Positions 9,512 through 19,180 of a stretch of 64,000 nucleotides of DNA are shown piece after piece. Below the pieces are notes generated by a model. That model ran no database searches. It was not told the DNA's origin and saw nothing but the letters and a program-made list of their open reading frames with translations. Both the position numbers and the translations under genes were made by a program. Source of the DNA: an uncultured Serinicoccus sp. (GTDB lineage Bacteria > Actinomycetota > Actinomycetes > Actinomycetales > Dermatophilaceae); NCBI RefSeq assembly GCF_947500995.1, contig NZ_CANMUA010000012.1, positions 1,300-65,299 on the forward strand, given 5' to 3'. Positions within the stretch are counted from its first letter, which is position 1, and every line of letters begins with the position of its first letter.

Positions 9512-10144
9512 TCAGTCTCGAGCGGCCAGGATCTGGACGCCATCACCCGTGAGCTCGCCGGGAGCGGTCGGTCGACCGGACACGGCGAGGAGCAGGGCGA
9601 TGGCAGGGCCGCGGACCTCGGGGCCGTCCCCGATGTGGCGTCCTCCGGGATCGGGGCAGAGACGCAGGCCGCGCACACGCTCTCTGCCCCCACCGAGACC
9701 AGCGCCGGTCCTCGCCATGTACGCCACCGCGGTCGTCACGTGCTCGACCGGATAGGTGCGGTGGATGCCCAGGGGACGACGGATGTCCTCGCCGTGCACG
9801 TAGGCCTCCACCAGCCTCGTCGCCAGAGGTCCCGGCGGGCGGTCCCTGCAGTCTGTGGCCGCTCGGAACGCGTCCAGCGTTTGGGCGGGGTCGGGAGCCT
9901 TGTGCTTCGCCACTCCGTCGTCGTTCGCGCGGTCGAAGTCGAAGCGGGCCAGGACCATCTGACGCGCGAATCCGAGCCGGGTCGTGCGTGCCGAGTCGGT
10001 GAGATGGGCGACGACGTCGTGCACCGACCACCCACGGCACATCGACGGCGTCTGCCACTGGTCCGGGGTGATGCCCTCCAGGTCGGACACCAGCGCGCGC
10101 CGCTCCTCGTGCACGGCCTGCCAGATCACGGTTCGATGATCCAC
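9512..10144 (-). CDS. maleylpyruvate isomerase-family mycothiol-dependent enzyme (DinB fold), 210 aa
   Basis: GTG at 10144 is preceded by GGAGGAGGA. The N-terminal block VIWQAVHEERRALVSDLEGITPDQWQTPSMCRGWSVHDVVAHL is typical of MDMPI_N/TIGR03083-type proteins. Confidence 0.75.
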   Translation of the reverse strand: MDHRTVIWQAVHEERRALVSDLEGITPDQWQTPSMCRGWSVHDVVAHLTDSARTTRLGFARQMVLARFDFDRANDDGVAKHKAPDPAQTLDAFRAATDCRDRPPGPLATRLVEAYVHGEDIRRPLGIHRTYPVEHVTTAVAYMARTGAGLGGGRERVRGLRLCPDPGGRHIGDGPEVRGPAIALLLAVSGRPTAPGELTGDGVQILAARD

Positions 10145-10178
10145 GTCGTCCTCCTCCAGCTCACCTGCACCCTCGCCC

Positions 10179-10703
10179 TCAGTCGTCGATCTGCGCCCTG
10201 CCCTCTCGCTGCAGGGCAGCGAGCCCGGCTCGCATCGCCTGCAGCGACTCCGGAGTGTGCCCGATCCACCCGACCACCTCGCCGACCACGCGCAGCGGCT
10301 CCCTCGAGCGGAAGGACCGGGTCGGATTGCCCGGGAACTTCTGGTCGGTGACGTTGGGATCGTCCTCGACGGCGCCGGTCGGCTCCACGACGTAGATCCG
10401 CCCCGGGCCCGCACCGGCAGACAGCTCGGCACCCCAGGTCGCCGCGTCCAGGGTCTCGGTGAAGTAGATGTAGTTCATGACCCGTCCGGCCTCGAAGTTG
10501 GACTCCCGGCCGGGGGTCAGGACGTCGCCCACCGCCAGGTCCGCCTTGGTGCCGTGCAGGTATACACCCTCCTGGTAGACCTCGAAGGGTACCGGCTCCC
10601 TCGCCTCGTTCACCCCACCCAGGCTAGCCGTCCCTGGAACCGACGGCCCTGCCGCCGACGCAGAAGGCCCCTCGTCTGCGTCTGCGCAGACCAGGGGCCT
10701 CAT
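10179..10703 (-). CDS. arr: NAD+-rifampin ADP-ribosyltransferase
   Basis: YLHGTKADLAVGDVLTPG...HIYF..AATWGAELS...IYVVEPTGAVEDDPNVTDQKFPGNPTRSFRSREPLRVVGEV is near-colinear with mycobacterial Arr. ATG 10703 has GAGGTGAGG upstream. The alternative GTG 10613 would give an Arr-like 144 aa. Confidence 0.85.
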   Translation of the reverse strand: MRPLVCADADEGPSASAAGPSVPGTASLGGVNEAREPVPFEVYQEGVYLHGTKADLAVGDVLTPGRESNFEAGRVMNYIYFTETLDAATWGAELSAGAGPGRIYVVEPTGAVEDDPNVTDQKFPGNPTRSFRSREPLRVVGEVVGWIGHTPESLQAMRAGLAALQREGRAQIDD

Positions 10704-11253
10704 ACCTCACCTCGAACGGGGTGGACGTGGGGGACTCGGTTTGCTCTCGGAGGACGCCGAGCCGTGGCTCGCCGACGACGGCGCGCGATCGCAGCCGTCG
10801 CCCGATGGGAGCGGATCACCGGACGACCCGCTCCCTCCCCCGCGCTCCTGAACGGCACCGGCCCCCGACCGGCGTCACAGTTCGTGCAGTGGCGCATGGG
10901 CCTTGAACCTGGCTGGGTCGCCGACCCCATCCACGGCATGACGCCGAGCCAGCAGATCACTGCGTGAGGCAGCGGGGTTCGACCGTCACAGGCGATCGCC
11001 GCGCTCGACCTCCTGGTCAGATGGAAAGACGCGGGGTCATCGAACGAGCGCTGAGCCAGTTCGCTGGCCGGCCCGCTACAGTTGGGGCTTGGAAACCAAT
11101 GTCTAGTCGGCTCCGAAGGGGTCGAGTCTTCGATCCTCTAGCGAGCCGTGTGCTCGCCTCGCAGGATTTCCGCCAGGCACACGATCCGTGTTGCGGCTCC
11201 TGCGACGACCTTCGCCGGGGGCCTGTCTGGCCCTACGAGACGAAGGGCATTCC

Positions 11254-11658
11254 GTGTCTGTCAATGTCAGCTACGCCGACGAGGCGGCGATCCGCGATCA
11301 CTACCAGCACATGCTGGACTGCTGGGGCGATTCGGTCGCCTACGCCGAGTGCTTCACCCCCGAGGCGGACTACATCATCGCGGACGGGATGATCGAGCAC
11401 GGTTGGAAGGAGATCGTTGACGGCCACAACATCATCTTCTCGGCGTGGGCGCGCAACAGCCGCCTGATCGGCCGCATCGAGAGCATCCGTTTCATCACCG
11501 ATGACGTGGCCCTACTGATCGCCCGCGGGCACATCGAGTACCTGGACAACCGGTCCAGCGACGGCAACAAGCGCACCGTCTACTCCCTGGTCGCCCAGCG
11601 ATTCGAGGGACGCTGGCTGTTCGCCGCGTACCAGAACACCCCGCTGGCCGGGCACTAG
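11254..11658 (+). CDS. SgcJ/EcaC-family (SnoaL/NTF2-like) protein, 134 aa
   Basis: ADEAAIRDHYQHMLDCWGD..FTPEADYI...VALLIARGHIEY...RTVYSLVAQRFEGRWLFAAYQNTP fits the DUF4440/SgcJ NTF2-fold pattern. GTG 11254 is preceded by GAAGGG. Confidence 0.6.
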   Translation: MSVNVSYADEAAIRDHYQHMLDCWGDSVAYAECFTPEADYIIADGMIEHGWKEIVDGHNIIFSAWARNSRLIGRIESIRFITDDVALLIARGHIEYLDNRSSDGNKRTVYSLVAQRFEGRWLFAAYQNTPLAGH

Positions 11659-11920
11659 CCTCGATCCACAAGCCCGCTGTCGGCGCGACCTCGTTCGGGC
11701 CGCCGAAGCCATCTTGGTCCTGCGCTTCGTCGGGGTAGGTCTGCGGTCCGGGTGAACCCCGGTGGGTTCGGCGGCGTCGGCCCGTCACAACCTCTGCGCC
11801 AAGGGGCGCAGCACGCGGCTCGGGGTACAACGCGCTGTTTCTGAGTGCGGGGGACGAAATCGGCCTGGCCCGGCAACGACCATCTTCGAGTCGGGGCCAC
11901 CTGGCCCTGGCGACCCGTCT

Positions 11921-11950
11921 CCGCAGTCGGCACGTGTGTGCCGACTGCGG
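11921..11950. repeat. perfect 13-bp-stem inverted repeat (hairpin) in an ORF-free region
   Basis: The sequence is CCGCAGTCGGCAC gtgt GTGCCGACTGCGG, read directly. No T-tract follows and there is no adjacent gene end. Confidence 0.6.
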
Positions 11951-12214
11951 ACGGCCAACGCCAGCATGGTCTAGGTGCCAGCTCAGTGCGGACCGGCAAC
12001 AACGTCGTCCGCTGACCAGCAGGGCCACCTCCGCGCCCGCCATACCGTCGCACGGCGTTCACCCGCTGGGCGAGACCGGGAGTGGCCAGTTCGAGTGCCC
12101 AGTTCCCGGGTCGGCGGTTGCTCAACACCCCATGGAAGAGCGCTTCCTGCACAGCCTGCGACGAGACGGGGGCCTCGGGGGGGCCTTTTGCAGCTCAGAG
12201 ACTTGCGATGGGAG

Positions 12215-12288
12215 TGGACGTGAAGGGACTCGAACCCCTGACCTCTCGCGTGTGAAGCGAACGCTCTAACCAACTGAGCTACACGTCC
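12215..12288 (-). tRNA. tRNA-Val (anticodon CAC), 74 nt, CCA not encoded
   Basis: The reverse complement folds as a cloverleaf: GGACGTG-TA-GCTC-AGTTGGTTA-GAGC-G-TTCGC-TTCACAC-GCGAG-AGGTC-AGGGG-TTCGAGT-CCCTT-CACGTCC-A. The anticodon loop is TT-CAC-AC. Confidence 0.9.
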
Positions 12289-12308
12289 GGACGTGCCCGC
12301 GGGCACGA

Positions 12309-12326
12309 GGAGGCAGTCTAGCCTCC
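12309..12326 (-). terminator. possible stem-loop terminator between the protease gene and tRNA-Val
   Basis: GGAGGC agtcta GCCTCC is a 6-bp perfect stem. A second palindrome, GTGCCCGCGGGCAC, lies at 12293-12306. There is no U-tract. Confidence 0.25.
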
Positions 12327-12350
12327 CCGTGCCCGAGCGGCGAAATCGCC

Positions 12351-13265
12351 TCAGCTGGTGCTGGCGGCGGTGTAGACCTGCTGCTCGACGCTCCCGAAGT
12401 AGGGGCCGTACATGACGTCCCTCTCCCCCTGGTAGCCGAAGGAGTTCACCGAGTTCAGGACGCCGCCGGTGATCCAGCCGCCGCCGCTGGAGCCGCCGGT
12501 CATGGAGCAGGGCAGCCGGTGGTCCGTGGTGCCGCGGGTGTCCTGCCCGGCGACCCCGGAGCAGCGCCACAGCTCCTCCCCGTCGTAGGGGCTGGCGGCC
12601 GGGTAGCCGAAGGCGTCAAAGGTGAGGCCGTAGCCCTGGTTGAAGGCGATCGGGTAGTCGCCGGTGACGTCGGTGAGGCTCTGGCCCCCCTGCTCGGCCA
12701 TGACGGCGAAGCCCACGTCGTGGTTGAAGTCGCCGCTGTTGACCCACGCCGCGGGCGCCACGAGCGACTCGGCGACCCAGGTGCCGTACGGCCGGGCACC
12801 GTTGTCGTAGGCCGGGACGAAGGCGAAGTTCGTGGCGTAGGAGCCCGGGCCCTCGTTGAGGCAGTGGCCGGCCGTGGTCACCACGTCGCCGTTGGCGCTG
12901 TCCGTCGCGGTTCCCGAGCACACGTAGTTGGCGCCGCCGAGGGTGAAGAAGACCTTGCCGAGCTCGGCCTGCGCAGGCGCCTGCACCGCCTGCGCCGAGC
13001 TCTCCGACCGGCCAGGCTTCCCCTTGCCGTCGGGCTTGGCCATCTCCCGGGGGATGGCGTTCTTCATCCGCTCGGGGGTCCAGTAGGCCCGCACCTCGGC
13101 CTGCGCCGTCGTCGTGGCGGCGGCGGCGTGCCGGGCGACGGCCTTGTCCTGGCCGTCTCCCTCACCGTTGCCGGGTGCGGCTCCCGCACCGGTGGCACCG
13201 ACCATGGACAGGGCCACGGCACCGGTGCCGATGAGGGCCAGGGTGCGCTTTCCAGCAGGACGCAT
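12351..13265 (-). CDS. secreted trypsin-like serine protease (peptidase S1)
   Basis: The signal peptide is MRPAGKRTLALIGTGAVALSMVGATGAGA. The catalytic motifs are TAGHCL (His), NHDVGFAVM (Asp) and GGSSGGGW (Ser). An AAGGAG RBS precedes ATG 13265. Confidence 0.85.
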   Translation of the reverse strand: MRPAGKRTLALIGTGAVALSMVGATGAGAAPGNGEGDGQDKAVARHAAAATTTAQAEVRAYWTPERMKNAIPREMAKPDGKGKPGRSESSAQAVQAPAQAELGKVFFTLGGANYVCSGTATDSANGDVVTTAGHCLNEGPGSYATNFAFVPAYDNGARPYGTWVAESLVAPAAWVNSGDFNHDVGFAVMAEQGGQSLTDVTGDYPIAFNQGYGLTFDAFGYPAASPYDGEELWRCSGVAGQDTRGTTDHRLPCSMTGGSSGGGWITGGVLNSVNSFGYQGERDVMYGPYFGSVEQQVYTAASTS

Positions 13266-13280
13266 ACGTCTACTCCTTGT

Positions 13281-13315
13281 GAGAGGGACGGACGCCGTCG
13301 TTGGCGTCCTCTCTC
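13281..13315 (-). terminator. imperfect hairpin between the aminotransferase stop and the protease RBS
   Basis: GAGAGG(gacg)GACGCC gtcgtt GGCGTCCTCTC lies immediately upstream (on the minus strand) of the protease RBS. It could be a terminator or a 5'-UTR structure. Confidence 0.25.
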
Positions 13316-13378
13316 GAACGTAGCCACGTCGCGCTGCGGATGTAACCGCTTACAGGTCAAGCCTCGGCAAAGTTTGGG

Positions 13379-14314
13379 TCAAGGGTCGAGGGTCCTGGCA
13401 GCCCGCTCCGCGAAGACCTTCAGGGCCCGCTGCGCCACCGGACCGGGCTCCTCCCCCAGCTCACGGGGCGCCAGGCCGGGCACGGCCAGCTCCTCCCCGC
13501 TGGTCAGCAGCACCGGGTCGTGCACGTCCAGCCGGTGCAGGGCGGTGATGTCGCGGATGCTGCTCGACAGCCAGATCTCGTCGGCCTCGGCGAGCACCGA
13601 CAGCGGCAACGGCTCCTCGACCACCTCGACGCCGTCCTCTCGCAGCCACTCGACGACCAGCCCGCGGGTGACCCCGGCCAGCGGCCCGGAGCCGAGGTCC
13701 GGCGTGCGCACGGTGCCGTCGGTCACGACGAAGACGTTCGTGCCGGTCCCCTCGCACAGCATCCCCGCGGTGTTGGCCAGGATCGCCTCCGAGTGCCCGC
13801 GCGCCTTCGCCGCCGCCAGCGCCACGACGTTCTCTGCGTAGGACGTCGACTTCACCCCGGTCAGCGCCCCCCGCTCGTTGCGGACCCACGGCACCACGAG
13901 CGCCGAGGTCGTCGCAGCGATCGGGTCCTGCTCGACCGCGGTGACGACATACGTCGCCGCACCCGGGACCCGGTCGCTGCCGAGCGGGCCGAGGCCGGCG
14001 GTGACGGTGTAGCGCAACCGGCCGAACGGCATACCTCCCTCGGCGACCACCGCGGCGATGCCCTCCTCGACGCGCTCGCGGTCCAGGGGCTCCAGGCCGA
14101 GCGCCGCGAGCGAGCGGTCCATGCGGTCGTGGTGCCGCGTGAGCGCGAAGACCTCCCCGTCGACGACCTTGCAGGTCTCGAACACCCCGTCGCCGACGGT
14201 GATCCCGTGGTCCAGCGCCCGCACCGAGCCCTCCGGCCCGACGAGCGCACCATCGACCCACACCCGCACCGCGGAGAGTCCACCGGCAGCGGTCAGCGAG
14301 CTCGACGTGTCCAT
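13379..14314 (-). CDS. class IV aminotransferase / aminodeoxychorismate lyase-like, 311 aa
   Basis: VWVDGALVGPEGSVRALDHGITVGDGVFET...GVKSTSYAENVVALAAAKARGHSEAIL.NT.G.LCEGTGTNVF.V.DG.V.TP...G.L.GVTR is the fold-type IV PLP enzyme pattern. ATG at 14314 is M75 of ORF 13379..14536. Confidence 0.8.
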   Translation of the reverse strand: MDTSSSLTAAGGLSAVRVWVDGALVGPEGSVRALDHGITVGDGVFETCKVVDGEVFALTRHHDRMDRSLAALGLEPLDRERVEEGIAAVVAEGGMPFGRLRYTVTAGLGPLGSDRVPGAATYVVTAVEQDPIAATTSALVVPWVRNERGALTGVKSTSYAENVVALAAAKARGHSEAILANTAGMLCEGTGTNVFVVTDGTVRTPDLGSGPLAGVTRGLVVEWLREDGVEVVEEPLPLSVLAEADEIWLSSSIRDITALHRLDVHDPVLLTSGEELAVPGLAPRELGEEPGPVAQRALKVFAERAARTLDP

Positions 14315-14330
14315 GGACGCAGCGTAAGGC

Positions 14331-16442
14331 GTGGCTATCGTGGGACCCGTGAGCACCTCCCTGTATGTCGCGTCCGCCGAGCCCCGCTCCGGCAAGTCGG
14401 CGGTGGCGGTCGGGCTCCTCGCCCAGCTGTGCGCCCTCGGCGGCCGGGTCGGTGTCTTCCGTCCCGTCGTGCAGGACCGCGAGCAGGACCCGCTGCTGCA
14501 CCTGCTGCACCCGCTGTCGACGTCGGCGTCGGCCATCGAGGACGCCGTCGGGGTGACCTACGACGACCTGCACCACCAGCACGACGCGGCCATCGGCGAG
14601 ATCGTCGACCGCTTCCACCGGTATGCCGCCGAGCACGAGCGGGTGCTCGTCGTCGGCTCGGACTACACCGGGGTCACCGCGCCCACCGAGTTCTCCACCA
14701 ACGCCGGGATCGCCGCGCACCTCGGCGCGCCCATGCTGCTCATCATCCCTGCCGCCGGCCGCAGCGTCGAGGACACGGCCACCGCGGCCGCCGTCGCCGT
14801 GCAGGAGGCGCTCAGCCGGCACGCCTCCGTGGCGGGCGTCCTCGCCAACCGGGTCGACGACGACCTGGACGAGGTGTCCGCCGCGGTCCGCGACGCGGTG
14901 GCCGAGCAGACCGCCGGCACCGGGAGCGACCCGGCCGTCCTCGCGATGCCCGCCGACCCGCTGCTCGCCGCCCCCACGGTGGGCGACCTCATGGCTGCGA
15001 CCGACGGCATCCTCCGGGCCGGGGACGAGTCGCTGCTCGAGCGCGAGGCCACCGGGCTCATCGTCGCCGGGATGACCATGCCCAACGTCCTGGACCGGCT
15101 GCGCGAGGGCAATGTCCTCATCTGCCCCGGCGACCGCGAGGACGTGCTGCTCGGCGCCATCCTGGCGCACCGTTCCTCGACCTTCCCCTCGCTCGGGGCG
15201 ATCGTCCTCAACGGCGGGCTGCGCCCCAGCGAGCAGGTGTCCCGGCTCGTCGAGGGCCTCGCGGTCGAGCTGCCGATCATCGGCTGCGAGGGCGGGACCA
15301 TGCGCACCGCGATGACCATGCACGACGTCGTCGGCCGCATCACCCCCCGCTCGCAGCGCAAGATCGAGCACGCCCGGTCCCTGGCCCAGCAGCACGTGGA
15401 CATCACCCGGCTGCTGCCCGTCGGCGACGACGTCGACCGACGGTCCGCCGTCGTGACCCCGTTGATGTTCGAGCACGGGATCATGGCCCGCGCCCGCGAG
15501 ACGGGCTCGCACGTCGTGCTGCCCGAGGGCGGGGAGGACCGCATCCTGCGGGCGGCAGACACCGTCCTCGCCCGCGGGGTCGCCCGGCTGACGCTGCTGG
15601 GCGACGAGGCACAGGTGCGCGAGCGGGCCGCGGCCCTGGGCCTGCGCCTGGACGCCGCCGAGGTCGTCGACCCGCTCACCAGTGACTGGCGCGAGGACTT
15701 CGCCCGGACGTATGCCGAGCTGCGGGCGCACAAGGGCGTCACCCTGGAGCAGGCGCAGGACATCGTCACCGACCCGGCCTACTTCGGCACCCTCATGGTC
15801 AAGACCGGGAGGGCCGACGGCATGGTCTCCGGGTCGATCACCACCACCGCGCACACCATCCGGCCGGCGCTGGAGGTGATCCGCACCGCCCCCGGCGTCT
15901 CGGTCGTCAGCTCGGTCTTCTTCATGTGCCTGGCCGACAAGGTCCTGGTCTACGGCGACTGCGCCATCAACCCCGACCCGGACGCCGAGCAGCTCGCCGA
16001 CATCGCCATCTCCTCAGCCGCAACGGCCGCGCAGTTCGGCGTCGAGCCACGGGTGGCGATGCTGTCCTACAGCACCGGCGGGTCGGGCAGCGGCGCCGAC
16101 GTCGACAAGGTGCGTGCGGCTACCGACCTGGTCCGCGAGCGGGAGCCCTCGCTCCTGGTGGAGGGGCCGATCCAGTACGACGCCGCGGTCGACCCCGCCG
16201 TCGCCGCCACCAAGCTCAAGGACTCCCCTGTCGCCGGCCAGGCCACCGTGCTCGTCTTCCCCGACCTCAACACCGGCAACAACACCTACAAGGCGGTGCA
16301 GCGCAGCGCCTCCGCGGTGGCGGTCGGGCCGGTGCTGCAGGGCCTCAACGCCCCCGTCAACGACCTGTCCCGGGGGGCGACGGTCCGCGACATCATCAAC
16401 ACCGTCGCCATCACCGGGATCCAGGCGGGGGCGGACCGATGA
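14331..16442 (+). CDS. pta: phosphate acetyltransferase (long form with N-terminal DRTGG/CobQ-like domain)
   Basis: The 703-aa ORF has an N-terminal LYVASAEPRSGKSAV and a C-terminal PTA_PTB domain (VVLPEGGEDRILRAA...GLNAPVNDLSRGATV). The start is GTG 14331 or GTG 14349. The stop overlaps the ackA ATG (ATGA). Confidence 0.9.
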   Translation: MAIVGPVSTSLYVASAEPRSGKSAVAVGLLAQLCALGGRVGVFRPVVQDREQDPLLHLLHPLSTSASAIEDAVGVTYDDLHHQHDAAIGEIVDRFHRYAAEHERVLVVGSDYTGVTAPTEFSTNAGIAAHLGAPMLLIIPAAGRSVEDTATAAAVAVQEALSRHASVAGVLANRVDDDLDEVSAAVRDAVAEQTAGTGSDPAVLAMPADPLLAAPTVGDLMAATDGILRAGDESLLEREATGLIVAGMTMPNVLDRLREGNVLICPGDREDVLLGAILAHRSSTFPSLGAIVLNGGLRPSEQVSRLVEGLAVELPIIGCEGGTMRTAMTMHDVVGRITPRSQRKIEHARSLAQQHVDITRLLPVGDDVDRRSAVVTPLMFEHGIMARARETGSHVVLPEGGEDRILRAADTVLARGVARLTLLGDEAQVRERAAALGLRLDAAEVVDPLTSDWREDFARTYAELRAHKGVTLEQAQDIVTDPAYFGTLMVKTGRADGMVSGSITTTAHTIRPALEVIRTAPGVSVVSSVFFMCLADKVLVYGDCAINPDPDAEQLADIAISSAATAAQFGVEPRVAMLSYSTGGSGSGADVDKVRAATDLVREREPSLLVEGPIQYDAAVDPAVAATKLKDSPVAGQATVLVFPDLNTGNNTYKAVQRSASAVAVGPVLQGLNAPVNDLSRGATVRDIINTVAITGIQAGADR

Positions 16443-17725
16443 GCGACGAGCAGGCCGGAGGCACCCGGGGCGGCGCTGGGGCGCTCGCCCGGAGTGGCGC
16501 GGGGGACGGCGCCGGGAGCGGCGCTGGGGGCGGCGCCCCGGTCGTGCTCGTCGTCAACGCCGGCTCCTCGTCGGTGAAGTACGAGCTGCTCGACCCGCGC
16601 ACGGGGGCATCGCAGGCCAAGGGGCTGGTGGAGCGCATCGGCCTGAGCGACGGCGTGGCGCGCCACACCGTGGGCGGGACGACCCACGAGCAGGTGCTGG
16701 ACGTGCCCGACCACGCGGCGGCGCTGGAGCTGGCGACCCGCGCCTTCCAGGAGCACGGTCCGACCCTGGCCGACGTCGACCTGCTCGCCGTGGGCCACCG
16801 GGTCGTGCACGGCGGCGCGGAGTTCGCCGACCCGACCCTCATCACCCCGGAGGTGCTCGCCACGATCGACCGTCTGGTGCCGCTCGCGCCGCTGCACAAC
16901 CCCGGCAACCTCGCCGGCATCGCCGCCACCCAGGAGGCCTTCCCCGACGTGCCCCAGGTGGCGGTCTTCGACACGGCCTTCCACCAGGGCATGCCGGAGG
17001 CCGCCGCGACCTACGCGGTGCCGCTGTCGTGGCGCGAGGAGCACCGGGTTCGGCGCTACGGCTTCCACGGCACCTCGCACGCCTACGTCTCCCGGCGGGT
17101 CGCCGAGCTGCTGGGTCGACCGCTGGAGGACGTGCGCAGCATCGTGCTGCACCTGGGCAACGGGGCCAGCGCCGCCGCGATCGACGGCGGCCGCAGCGTC
17201 GACACCTCCATGGGCATGACCCCGCTCGAGGGGCTGGTCATGGGCACGCGCCCGGGCGACCTCGACCCCGGGGTCGCCGGGCACCTGGGCCGGGTGGCCG
17301 GCCTGTCCACGGAGGAGGTCGAGCGCGCGCTCTCCAAGGAGTCCGGGCTGCTCGGGCTCACCGGGTCCGCGGACTTCCGCGGGGTCATGGCGCGGCGGGC
17401 GGACGGGGACCCGGCGGCGGTCCTGGCCTTCGAGGTGGTCGTGCACCGGCTGCTGCGCTACGTCGGGGCCTTCGCCGCCGTGCTCGGCGGGCTCGACGCC
17501 CTCGTCTTCACCGCGGGGGTCGGCGAGAACAACGCCGAGCTCCGCGCGGCCGTCCTGGAGCGGCTCGCCGGATTCGGCGTGCTCCTGGACGCACCCGCCA
17601 ACGCCGCCGCCGACGGCGAGACCCTCATCACCACCGCGCAGAGCCGGGTCGCGGGCTACGTCATACCGACGGCCGAGGAGTGGGAGATCGCCCGCCAGGC
17701 CGCCGCCCTGGTCGCCCGCCCCTGA
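16439..17725 (+). CDS. ackA: acetate kinase, 428 aa
   Basis: ATG 16439 overlaps the pta stop. Motifs seen are VLVVNAGSSSVKYELLD, HRVVHGG, FDTAFH and FHGTSH. There is a Gly/Ala-rich N-terminal extension. Confidence 0.9.
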   Translation: MSDEQAGGTRGGAGALARSGAGDGAGSGAGGGAPVVLVVNAGSSSVKYELLDPRTGASQAKGLVERIGLSDGVARHTVGGTTHEQVLDVPDHAAALELATRAFQEHGPTLADVDLLAVGHRVVHGGAEFADPTLITPEVLATIDRLVPLAPLHNPGNLAGIAATQEAFPDVPQVAVFDTAFHQGMPEAAATYAVPLSWREEHRVRRYGFHGTSHAYVSRRVAELLGRPLEDVRSIVLHLGNGASAAAIDGGRSVDTSMGMTPLEGLVMGTRPGDLDPGVAGHLGRVAGLSTEEVERALSKESGLLGLTGSADFRGVMARRADGDPAAVLAFEVVVHRLLRYVGAFAAVLGGLDALVFTAGVGENNAELRAAVLERLAGFGVLLDAPANAAADGETLITTAQSRVAGYVIPTAEEWEIARQAAALVARP

Positions 17726-17738
17726 CCCCTCCTCCCTC

Positions 17739-17962
17739 CCCCACCGAGCGCCGCGAATGGTTGGCGCCACCACCCACCGAGCGCCCTGAATGGTTGGCAC
17801 ACGCCTGATGACCGCCGTCTGAGACGAGATGGCGTCCTCGCACCATGAGGTGGGCGCCCGGACGACGCAAGAAGCAACCATTCATGACGCCCCGTGGCAC
17901 CAGGGACAACCATTCATGACGCCCGGTGGCACCAGGGACAACCATTCACGACGCCCGGTGGG
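17739..17962. repeat. intergenic repeat cluster: 2 forward and 3 inverted copies of a 27-32 bp unit
   Basis: Forward copies CCCACCGAGCGCC(GC/CT)GAATGGTTGGC lie at 17739-17765 and 17771-17798. Three tandem 32-bp copies CAACCATTCA(T/C)GACGCCC(C/G)GTGGCACCAGGGA lie at 17875-17962. The reverse complement of the latter, GCCACCGGGCGTCATGAATGGTTG, matches the forward unit at about 19 of 24 positions. Confidence 0.75.
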
Positions 17963-17983
17963 TATGCCGCCGGGCCGGGTCGG

Positions 17984-19176
<1,193 letters not shown>

Positions 19177-19180
<4 letters not shown>

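Noticed and set aside
11095-11165. Possible tRNA fragment or att remnant (GGGGTCGAGTCTTCGATCC resembles a T-arm).
   Set aside because: The loop does not fit the GTTCRANYC T-loop consensus, and no acceptor or anticodon arm can be built. I could not support it.
13461-15854. A 797-aa minus-strand ORF. The same applies to the long ORFs 46455..49289 (-), 50761..53169 (-), 31143..33893 (+), 53000..55009 (+) and 45290..46654 (-).
   Set aside because: All are mirror frames of genes with strong motif support (pta, the GCH II operon and histidine kinase, the ABC exporter, the SBP and LacI, rnj, GT4). They are artefacts of high GC.
17875-17962. Possible CRISPR array (three tandem 32-bp units).
   Set aside because: The units are directly adjacent with no unique spacers. 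There are only three copies, no cas genes are nearby, and inverted partner copies lie 80 bp away. I treat it as an intergenic repeat or inverted-repeat element instead.
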